From the NCBI RefSeq assembly GCF_021869535.1, contig NW_026262723.1, positions 23,002,001-23,066,000 of the forward strand: a stretch of DNA of 64,000 bases, given 5' to 3'. Positions 42,701-54,700 of the stretch are shown piece after piece. The position numbers and the translations under genes are program-made. The stretch comes from Mytilus californianus (taxonomy: Eukaryota). The stretch's first letter is position 1, and every line of letters begins with the position of its first letter. Under the pieces are notes generated by a model, which saw nothing but the letters and a program-made list of their open reading frames with translations, did not search any database and was not told where the DNA came from.

Positions 42701-45700
42701 TACTGGGGTCGTATTCTGTACACTTGACGTTATACCTGCTGTTGTAGAATCTTGAGCATGGGACATAATGTACTCTGAGGTTGTTTTCTGTACGCTAGAG
42801 GTGATACCTGCTGTGGTAGCATCTTGTATACCGGGCGTTAAACCATCTGTCGTTTTATCTTGTGCACTGGAAGTTATACCTGCTGTGATTGAATCATGTT
42901 CGTTGGAAGTCATACCATCTGTGGTTGAATCTTGTTTACTTGAGTTTATACCCACTGTGGTCGTATCTTGTACAATGGAGGTTTTACCTGCTGTGGAAAT
43001 ATCTTGCGTATGGGTCAAAAATTTATCTGAGGATTTTTTCTGTACACTAGATACCGTACCTGCTGTGGTAACATCTTGTTCACCGGACGTTAAACTATCT
43101 GTTGTTGTATCTTGTACACTGACCGTTATACCTTCTGTTGTTGGAGTTACATCATGTTCATTGGCCGTGTTATCTGCCCTTGGTGTATCTTGTTTACTAG
43201 ATGTGATTATTAATTTCGTTGCATCCCGTACGGTGGTAAAAGATGTTACTACATCTTGTGCATTGGTAGTAGTTCCTTTAGATTGTAGTAAAGTTGCCAT
43301 GGCATCTGCTTCAATAGTTTCTACTGTTATAGGAGACGTTGTGAATGCATCTTGTATACTAGATGTGACCCTATCAAAATGTGATTTTTTTTCATTTGAC
43401 GTGATGCCAACAGTGGTTTTATAATTGACACCGGGTGTAATACCAGTTGTAGCTGTAAATAGTGTTCTAGACTTGTCGCCTTGGACAGGTGACGTGTGTA
43501 TGCTGACTGCTGTACCTGACGTTCGAATGTTTGCTATATCGTCTGTTGTAGTTTTCTCTGAAAAACTTTGAATGTTTATTGATGTTTTCTTAACTATGCT
43601 TTTTGGGCTTTCAGTAATTGAATCTGATGAATCTGTTACCTCTTTAATGGGTGTACTTACAAAAGGCGTGGTTTTATAATGCGTACTTGAGTTCGGTATT
43701 TTTGCTGTGCTGACTGCTTGAAATGTCGTACCTTTGAAAGCAGTACTATTATTGATTACTGTATTTGTATCCAACATATTGGTTGTCACATTTTCGTCTG
43801 TTACATCAAAAATTGTATTTTTGGAAGTATCTGATTCCGTATTACTTCCTTTAACAGTTGACATGTCCTGGTCAGTTTTCTGGAATTCTGTTGTGAAATC
43901 TACCTCAACCTCTATCGTGTATGTAGTTGCAGTTTTGCTGTCAATTTCTCCATGTGTTGTAGACGCTACCATAAAATCATGATGTTTAGCAGTATGTTCT
44001 AAATCTGTATTTGCAAGAACGTCTTGAGTAGTAGAAATCGGTTGATACGATGTTATATCTCGTAAAGATTTATCTTGTTTTGTTGTTAATCCATTAAAAT
44101 CAGTTGTATATTCTTGATTATTAACTGCAAAATAAGGGTACGTTATGATGGCGTATGGTTTATAATGTTGTGTTGGTCTTTAACTTTTTATATTTAACAT
44201 ATATATAGGGTTATATTGGATTTTTCAACTTTGTTATGTTTGTGACTTTCCAGTGGTTTTGATCCGAGAGCCACTAATGAGTCTTGTGAAACCGAAACAC
44301 GCATCTAGGCTATAGCCTGGTATATTTGATGAGTTTTTGCGCATTGCTAGTTTGTTGCCCTCATATGTACAGACTTATTCAGAATGTAGCGCATTCTTGC
44401 TTGCAACTATGATAATATTTAACTAACCGAATAGACATTTAACTAAGAGCTTATTTATTTTAGGAAGACATACAGTTTATACAATACATCACAAACAAAA
44501 TCATTACATACATGTACATGGTATGACATTCACAAACGAAAAGACATAATTCTATTTTTTGTTATAATTGAGTATTGCTGTACCATTTCAGCAGTACTTT
44601 CTGCTGTCTTCATCACCTTTTACTGTTTGGAAAGCTTGATCGAACTGCATTTTGTAGTGTGTCATGTTATTATATCCTTTTATCTTTTGTACAATTACAG
44701 AAACAATAGCATACCTGTTGTTTGGATACTTGTATGATCATCTTGTTCTAATTTTGTTGATAATATATAAGTAGACATGAGTGACTCTGTTGCCTCTTGC
44801 GTTGTTTGTGTTGAATGCGTAGGTGTTGTTGACTGTATAATTGTCGACGTAGGAGGTTCCTGTGTTGTTGATGGAACCTCATTAGTTATGGGTGACTCAA
44901 TCGTTGTATGTGTTACATCAGAAGATCTTGTAGACTCTGGTGTTGTTGACAGTTGAGTTGCATCGGATGGTGTTGTTGAAAACTGATTGGTTTGTGTTGG
45001 TGTTTGATTTAAAATGGTAGACTGTGAAGTTTTAAACGGTCTTTGGGTAACAGTGGAAGTCCCTGGTTCAGCTGGTGGTACCTGAGTAGATGTGGCCGCC
45101 TCATTCGTAGTATGTTTTGAATGAGAATATGTGGTTGACTCCGATATTGTTGATGGTAGTTGGGTAGATGTGGTAGACTCCGATAGTGTTGACGGTAGAT
45201 GGGTAGATGTGGTAGACTCCGATAGTGTTGACGGCAGATGGGTAGATGTGGTAGACTCCGATAGTGTTGACGGCAGATGGGTAGATGTGGTAGACTCCGA
45301 TAGTGTTGACGGCAGATGGGCAGATGTGGTTATCTTTGGGTTAGAAGTCGGCAGCTGAACTGATGTCATTAAATCTAGCGTTGTTTGTGTTAAATGAGAT
45401 GATGTAGTATACTCTGATGTTGTGGACTCTAAATAATTAGACATGGTCGTCTCTGGTGTTATTGGATCTTCAGTATATATTGCTGATTCAATCGGTGTTT
45501 TTGTAGACTGAGTATATATCGTAGACTCTGCATCTTTTGTCGATGGATCATTTGATATTGTAGACTCCAAAGGTTTCAAAGACTTTGCAGCGGAATGTGA
45601 AGACTCTGACGTCATTGGTAGTTGATAAATCGATGTAGTAGACGGAGATGTCATTGGTGCAGTGATATTCGATGCTGTTGACGTTGACTCTAATATTCTT

Positions 45701-48700
45701 GATGATTTGTCTGTTATTATCTTGTGTGTTGAGGATAGGGGTTCATCAGTTGAGGACAGCTCATTGGTTGGTGTGTCAGACTGTGGTAATGTGGATAGCA
45801 GATTGATCGATGTGTCAGATTCGGAGGTTATTGGTGGAAAATATTTGGTCGACGTCGACACTGTGGATGAATGACTACTATCAGACTCCATAGTTGTTGG
45901 TAACAAGTCAGGTTCAGCTGTCGATATTGATGATAATTGGGTCGTTGACAAAACAGGGGAGGCGGTAAACCCCGACGGTGTTGACGAAACATGAGTTTGT
46001 GTGGAAATTCCTGAGGTTTTTGGTGATACATGAGTCAATTCCGTTGATTTTGACCCTGTTGATGCAAAAATGTTTGGTTTTGTCGATTGTATAGAAGTAG
46101 ATGAATACTTACTTGATACAGTGGAATCGTGTATAATTGATGACTGCTTTGTATCATTATAAAAAGTAGGCGACATATCTTGCATTGTTAAAGAAGAAAA
46201 ATCACCAGGTGTTGTCTCACTTTTGATATAATTAACTGATGTCGTCTGACGAGTAGGCGTAGAACCAGGTAAAATTTCCTGATTTGTTGAGACAGAATCA
46301 GGTGTTTCCTGTTTTGTTGTAGTAGAATCAGGTGGTATGTTATTATTGGCTGTGGTGTGTTTAAGCCACGAATCTCGAATTGTGTTAGAATCAGATGTAC
46401 TTGTCGTGGAATAAGATTTTGATTGCTTACTTGACGTTGTAGAATCGTGGACAGGCTTTGAGTTTATTGTGGTGGAATCGGCTGATTCTGTCTGACTTGT
46501 AATGGCAAACGTAACGTCTTGATGATTTGCAGTAGAAACAACAGGAGTAGTCTTTAGGGTGTTGGTTGACTTAGTAGATGTTGATTGACTTGTTATTGCC
46601 GATTCAATAGATGTTGCCGGGTCTGTCTTCGTAGTTTCAAGTAAAAGATTATGAATTGTTATGATAGAGTCTGGTGATTTGACTGAATTTATAGTGGTTA
46701 AAATAGGTAGCAATGCTTGGCTTATTTTTGAAGAGTCTGATGTTGTTTTACCTATTGTAGTAACGGCACCTGGTGATGTTTGATCTCTTGTGGTAGGGTA
46801 ACCTGACGTTGTTTTATATATTATGGTAGAGTCACCTGATGTTGTCTGATCTTTTGTGGTAGGGCCAGCTGATGTTGTTGTATCTCTTGTAGAAACATCA
46901 CCGGATGTTGACTGAACTCTTGTTGTAGATTCAGGTAATGTTGTGTGATCTCTGATTGGAGCTTCACTTGGTGTTGTTTGATCTCTTGTGGTAACGTTAC
47001 TTGATGGTGTTTGATATCTTTTGGTTGAGTCAGCTGAAGTTTGTTGATATCTTGTGGAAGAGCCAGTTGATGTTGCTTCATCTCTTGTGAAAGGGTCAGA
47101 TGATGATGTTTGACTTACTGTGGTAGAGTCAACCGACGTTGTTTGATATCTTGTGGTATGGTCAGCTAAGGTTGTGTGATCTCTTGTGGAAACATTACCT
47201 GGTGTTGTTTGATATATTGCGGCAAAGTCAGCTGATGATGTTTTATCTTTTGAGGTAACGTCACCAGATGGTGTTTGATCTTTTATGGAAGAGTCAGTTA
47301 GTGTTGTTTGATCTCTTGTGAAAAAGACATTTGATGACGTTTGACTTGTGGTCAAGTCACCTGATGTTGTCTGATCTCTTGTTGTAGATTCAGATGTTGT
47401 TTGATCTCTTGTTGAAAAGTCGTCTGATGTTGTTTTATCTCTGGTAGTAACGTGATTTGATGTTGTTTGATCTCTTGTGGAAGAGTCACTTGATGACGTT
47501 TGCCTTGTTGTGGTAGTCTCACCTGACGTTGATTGATATCCAGTAGTCAGGTGACCTGAAGGTATCTGATCTCTTGTTGTAGGCTCGGCTAATGTTGTTT
47601 GATCTCTTGTGGAAATGTCACCTGGAAATGTTTGACCTGTTGTGGTAACGTCACCTAATGGTGTTTGACCTATTGTGGTAACGTCACCTAATGTTGTTTG
47701 ATCTCTTGTGGAAGATTCAGTTGATTTTGTTTGATCTCTCATGAAAGAGTTAGTTGGTATTCTTTGATTTGTTGTGGTTGAGTCATCCGATGTTATAGAA
47801 TTTGTCCGAACGGAGTCAAGTGATGTTCCCGCGTTTGTTATGATAGAAACACGCGGTGGTGTCTGTTCTGTACTGATAGAATCATGCGGTGTTGTCTGCT
47901 CTGTATTAACAGAATTCGACAGGGATATCTGCTTTGCTGTATTAAAATCGGACAGTGTTGTCTTCGCTGAGGACATAGAATCAGACAGCGTTGTCATCTC
48001 TGTATTGGTGGAATAAGTCGGTGGTGTGAGTTCTGAGCTGACAGATTTGAATCCTGATGTCTGTTCTGTAGTGATAGAATCATACGTTGTCGTTTGCTCT
48101 GGAATGACAAGATAAGAAATTGTTGTTTGCCCTGTGGTAAAAGAATCGTCCTTTGTTGACTGAGGTAAAGAGTCTGGTCTATTTGGTGTTATTAGCTCTG
48201 AGGTTGTAGAATCATAAAATGTTGTCAGCTCTGTTATGATAGAATCAGAAGTAGTTTCCCTTTTTGTGGTTAGATCGGAAGGAGTTGTCTGGTCTGTCAT
48301 GGAACTAGACGGCGTTGTTTGTCTGGTAGTTGAGCCTTGCGTTGATTGGCTAGAAATATAAGATTCTGACCTCCTTGGTAAGTTAGTTACAGTGTCATCA
48401 TCCGCCGTTGATGAAGATTCCGTTAATGTTGTAGATTCAGATAACATTATTGATAACAAATTTGTTGTTTGTCTTTCAGTATTACTTTTCGTACCTTGTA
48501 CACTCTGGTCCAAAATACTTTTTTCAGATGCTGTAAGGTCTTTAATCGTGGAATGGGAGGCTTTTTCAGTTGTTGGTTGTTGAACTGTACCTGTTGATTG
48601 AACAGGAACAGTACTTGTCTTGAGGTCTATATCACCAGTAGTAATTTCCTGATATTCATTGGATGACAATGGCGTGGACTCGTTGGCAATGGTTCTACTT

Positions 48701-51700
48701 GTAGTGTATTCTGATGATGAGGTTGCCTTACTAACCGTTTGTCCAGTATCAACGTATGGGTTTGTTGTTGTAGGCTCTTCTTGTTTCACACTATTTGTAG
48801 AATATTTTAATGTTTCAGAATTTACAGAATGGGTACCTGACGCTGGTTCCGTACTAGATGTGATGTTTTCTAATGGTTCAACTGGCTGCATTTCTGTTGT
48901 ACTGGCTGTGATTCCAACTGTATCTGAAAGAAAATAGTACTATGGTAACAAAAAACATCTATATATTATTTCAAAAATGAAAACTTACAGTATAAAGTCT
49001 TACTTGAACAAAATTAAATATCAAGTATAAATTCGCTTCACAACGAACACTTCAGTATTTGTAATTGTGTACTTAATTCAGTATTATCATGTTATTCTTT
49101 TTTCCTTGGTATCATTGGGAGCACTTTTAAATGGTCGTTAGAAAGAGGTGTTCATAAAACAATAGGTGTATTGTTTTTCTTTAATTGTTTAACATTTCTT
49201 ACCGATATAACATGTTACTTTTATTATTCTTCCCTTAGTTTATTTATTTTGTATTTACATTGTGTCATAGGTCAAATTTATTTGTTCAGTGTATGTTCAA
49301 TGGTGTTAATATGTCCTTTGATTGAGTTAAGCTATTTCAGTTAATATGTTATAGTGTGTCTTTCTATGTTGTGATGTTACACTATTGTTTCAGAAAAAGG
49401 GTGAAGGTTTGGTACCATTAAAACGTTTAAACCCGCTGCATTTGTTTGCACCTGTCCTAAGTCAGGAATCTGATGTTCAGTAGTTGTCGTTTGTTGATGT
49501 GGTTCATGAGTGTTTCTCGTTTCTTGTTTTTTATATAGATTAGACCGTTGGTTTTCCCGTTTGAATGGTTTTACACTAGTAATTTTTTGGGGCCCTTTAT
49601 AGCTTACTGTTTGGTGTGAGCCAAGGCTCCGTGTTGAAGACAGTACTGTGACCTATAGTGGTTTACTTTTAAAAATTTTGACTTGGATGGAGAGTTGTCT
49701 CATTGGCACTCATACCACATCTTCTTATATCTACACTCTCGTAGACATAAAACACATTTCATGTTAAATTCGGTGTGCGCCTTTCAATTAACCACCATCG
49801 TAATATATCTTTCAATTAGCAACATAAATGGTTTGACAATTGCTATACAATGTATAAAAACGATATGAAGGCTAATCATTACAATTGGTTATGTTTTCTT
49901 TTACTGAATAACACTTTTAATGCAAAATCCAAATATGTAAATTTTTAGATTTTCTATGAAGGGTGTAACTGACATTTATCAACGACAGCTTTTATTATTT
50001 CATTTGGGGAAAAATGGTTACTTGTGAGATTTGCCATTATTTATAACATACCAAAAATTATCACTTGATCAGTGTCGATGGTGAAATTAAGTGAATGTGA
50101 TGAATTATGGATAGCTTGTCTCAGCAATTCAGTAATAGTATCTGCTGACTGTGTCGTTGACGAATCATTGGATTTCAGTTGAAGCACAAATAACACTTCT
50201 ATACTCCCTTGCCTGGCAAAAGGAAATACGTAATTATTACATGTTTGTCAAGTTATCGATTCTTTCTTTTATTTACACATTATGAAAATTACAAAATTGC
50301 TGAAACAATTATGAAACGAATAGATCAGGCGTAATCTTTTTTTATAATTTATCATGCGTCATTCCTTAAAAAGAAATAATAAATCAAATTGAAGAAACGT
50401 TTATTTCTTTGTAATTGCGTGCCATGTATTTTTATTTATGTAATAAATCTCTGTTTTGATTATCGATCTCAAGTTATAAGAGAAAAAACCTAAATGAATA
50501 TAAAAAATAATTAGATGAAAGCCATCTTGTTTACTGTCCTTGTCTGTTTGCATCAAGTGGGAAGATTATGCTTTCAACTACGAACTAATATGCAACATGG
50601 GCATATCAGTAATTTGAGAACAATTTGTTTATGCAAAAACCGAAACCCTTTACATTAAACTACAAAGGAGATTTTGATTGTAAAACATAGTGTGACGTCT
50701 TAAATTCAATTTCCTGTAAAGTAAACCGGGAATTAAATCATTTTTTTTGCAACATTAAATATTTATTTAGCTATATTCATTTTTTTTATTTAAACCCTTT
50801 GAAGTCACATAACAATATCATAATAATAATAGTTTATTGAAAGAAGACAACGTAAACAGGATCTGAGATAGAATGAGTTAAGAAATTACGCAGATTACTA
50901 GTACATGTGTGGCTTTAAAATACAAACGTTTTCACTCACTACAAATACAGACAATTAAAAGTTAAGAATATAGATTAAAGATAATACAAAGCAGAATTTA
51001 TCAAGATTCGTTTAATAGTTTAAATTCACTGTTTTATAAAAAAAATAAAAAAAATATAATGTATAAATTCCATGTGAAAAGTCATTACCTTTGTTCATGT
51101 GCAATATACATACAAATATATATATATTTTTTTCAATCTAAAACAACCAACTACTATTTTTTTTTATCATAAGTATATGATATTTTTTCTTCTGATAAGT
51201 CGTCTCTTAATAAAATGTTCTTAATTGTTAATCGGACATGAATTTAGTTAAATTTAAAAGAACGTTGCCGAGAGTTCTGTCCGAGTTTATCTTCACCATG
51301 CCTATGAATAAAAAAATATAATCTTCAAGATTTCAAATTATCGAAAACGAAATATAAATTTTAACAACAATTCTCCTCCCCCATGTAGTAAACCTAATTT
51401 CAACACTTATTGAACAATATGAAATATATTTACACCATAGCGAGTTCAAAACTTATGCAAAATATCATGCGTAAAATTCATTCTTTATAAATATACTCTT
51501 CCAAAAAAAGAAACGCAACAATCAATTTACTAAATTCAAAATATGAATTTTATTATAAAATTGCGTTATTGAGAGATGAAAACAGCCCGCGATAATCGAA
51601 TTCAAATTTCTGATAGTGGCTGTTGATTAAACGTGACCTTTTCGGGTCAGTATGTGTAACGCTGTACGAGAAATACGTACGGTTATGATTGGGAAAGTTG

Positions 51701-54700
51701 CACGTGCGAGTCATACATTATCTTATGCGGTTTCATTTGTATAAAAAACACCTAACCGTTTAAGTGAATTCGTTCGTTAGATTATTTCTCGAACATCGAA
51801 CATCATGCTAGAACGTGTCAAGACTCCTACTACCCGGAATATCGTCATTGGTCATCTCAATGACAGTCAAACACAGAATGCAGCCACTAGAATTTATAAT
51901 GTTCACTGAAGCACGATTTCCAGACTCTTGCAACGGTACCAGCAATCCGGTTCAACGTTCTTGCCGACCTGAGCATCCCAAGATCGGTTTAGCGTCTACT
52001 TTACTGGAGAAACAAAACAATGACAGCAACAAAAACAGCACCAAATGTCCTAGGTCTCCGACAAATATCGGATCAGACAGTCAGAAACCGTCTCCGTGAA
52101 AACGGCCAACGCGCTAGACGTCCTTACATTGACACATTTCTAAGACGCCGGCATCGACTAGCAAGGGCCCGATGATGCAACAGAATAGAGGCTGGGACGT
52201 GCAAAACTTGAGGCGATTCTTGCGATGAATCAAGATTCATGATGTAAAAAAGAAATGACCGTACAAGTGTCTACAGACGCCGGAATGAGAGGTTCGAGAA
52301 CATTTGTGGGATGATTTGGATAAACGCGTGCGCTGTCGTCTTTCAGGAAACTGTAAGAACTACAGCACGTTCTTGAGCAAGAATCGGGAAAATTCCGCAA
52401 GACCGTATTCGTCGATTGATCGAGTCTATGCTGAGACGGGTCAATGCTGTGTTACAGGCAAATGATAGGCACAACAGATATTGACTGTAAAGTGACGTCA
52501 TCTGATTGCTATGGACTTAAATGTGACACATTTGACATTGTATTAAAGAACTTTAAAGTTTGAACGACCAGTGTAGCAAGTTTCAGTGTAAAGACTAAGT
52601 GAAGCTTATTTTTGTTTTCAAAATATGGTTGAAAATTTGAAGTTATTTTTTTACATGTTGCATTTCTTTTTTAGAAAGTGTATATCAGGTACTGCAAAGC
52701 AAAAGTAGGGAAATCCAAAATATCAGAAAGTTTTTATTACCTATGATTAAAACTGGAAATAGGACCACTAAAATCAACATCACCAACCAAAATTGGGTGT
52801 AATTAGGATTACTAAAATCCATATTGACAACTAAAACCGGGTGTAAATAAAACAACTAAAATTAATTTTGCCAACCAAATAAAAAGTAAAATACGACTAT
52901 CAATATCAGTTTTGACTTTGTTTTAGTCAAAGAATCCTTACCATAACCACGTGTGGGTTTCGTCGAAAAACTTCGGGAAAAAAACTTGAATTTGTGAAGA
53001 TTGGACGTTTCAGATGAAAGTGACTTCCAATCTTCTAAAGTATTTCTCTCTGATAAATAGAGCTGCATCTTTTAAACAATGATATACAAGTAATCCCTAA
53101 TGATACAGTCACAGCAACAACAGAGAATACTTAAGCTTAAAATATGCGCTAAGGCATCTGTTTTCACGCAAAATCTCGCGTAATCATTAAATTGCTTTAC
53201 AAAATGTAAGCGTCTCTTATTTTGTCGTTGTCAAAGGAAAATCTTATTAAGGCGTTCAGAAATATTTTAGCGTTGCTATCATTATAAATACAAATTTGAG
53301 ATAGTTTTACATTTTTTTATTCCTAGGTTTACGGTTTCCAAGAAAGATGCAAGTATGAAAAAGGTGAAAGGCGAATATATAAGAAAGATATCCAAATAGT
53401 TATGAGATAGCATGCAGATATAGGTATACATACAGTCACACATCATCAAACCTGAACGACTCGACTATTGCGTACGAGTAGCTGTGTCCGAGCGGCCCAT
53501 TGGTCAAAAAATTATTAAACTGAAACAAAAAAGAAAACATCTTCAATTTTTTTAAAAAACAGCAAGAATTGTGTATACAAAAGAGATATTATCTACGTAA
53601 ATTATATACTAGTGATCTTTTTAAAAAGTGTTGAATTTTCAATAAGTTAATATATAATTTGATACCACTGAAGATTATTTTTGCATTTATTTTATTTTCA
53701 TTTCATAAAATATAATTCTAAAAAGTTAATAATTGTCAAAGCGTAAAAAATAAAACCAAAGTGTATGCAATGGTTCAAATAGAAAGTTCAATATCTACCA
53801 AAAAATGAGATTTCGACATTAATAAATAAATATGACCAAAACAGTCAAGGAAATTTGTGATTGATGTTGTAAGACGTGAAACAGAAACAAATCACTCATA
53901 AAAAATATATTTTATGACATTCTTTGAAACATGCACATAGAGAAAACGAAAAACATCAGACTTTTAAACGCAATCACTTCTTTTAATTCAAAAGGGAATT
54001 AATTTGATTCAGTAATCAGTATTATAAGGCCTGAGTTTCAATCCGAAAGTGTTGTTTAAATACCTCTCAGATAAATAAATCAATTTTTTGAATGTGCATA
54101 TATTATGTTTAATGTAAGACTGGTTGCGATAACCTCCCCACATTTATTTAGAATTTTAAGCCAATATTTCATTTCTTTCACTTCTAACTTATCTTGTTTG
54201 TGAATTATCCTTTGTAATTCCGATTTATTTATTTTGTCCCCCCCTCCTTTGTGGATGCATTTTACCGGTCTATCTTTATACCTAATGCATTTTTATGCAT
54301 ACTAAAAATATCATATAATTATTTCCATTGTTTTTAAACTTTATTTTTGCATGATATCAGTTTTTTTTCTAGCATCCCTTTTTTTTTGGTTGCTTTTATT
54401 CATATGTTATTCGTCTTGATCAATATTGATAGAATTTCAAATAATACAATGATTTATGTGCTGCTTCGGTTTAATATAAGTATTTTCAGAGAGTGGCTTC
54501 TTTTTGTTTATTTTGTTATTTTTTTGTATGTTTCAATCTAGACTGATCATTTGCAACCATCTGCAATCAAATATTAATCTAGAAACCAACATTATTGTTT
54601 GTTGCAACAAAATAAATAATTATGGTAAAATTTAGGAAAAAGTGTCGTTCGGATAAAAAAAGGAATCTCCCTTCAATTGAATTGCCAGGAAACGTGATTA

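Noticed and set aside
27592-48937. Many Val-rich + strand ORFs (e.g. 28030..28584, 39420..40244, 39475..40305, 42768..43424)
   Set aside because: They are antisense shadows of Thr/Ser codon-biased and tandemly repeated mucin exons, with no independent splice or start signals.
51815-52099. ORF 51815..52099 as a gene
   Set aside because: It is an off-frame reading of the decayed Tc1 transposase.
52862-53068. [20 protein letters not shown]... as the missing SEA1 exon or a LINE end
   Set aside because: There is no good phase-2 donor and no SEA-like pattern. The similarity to LINE RT tails is too short to call.
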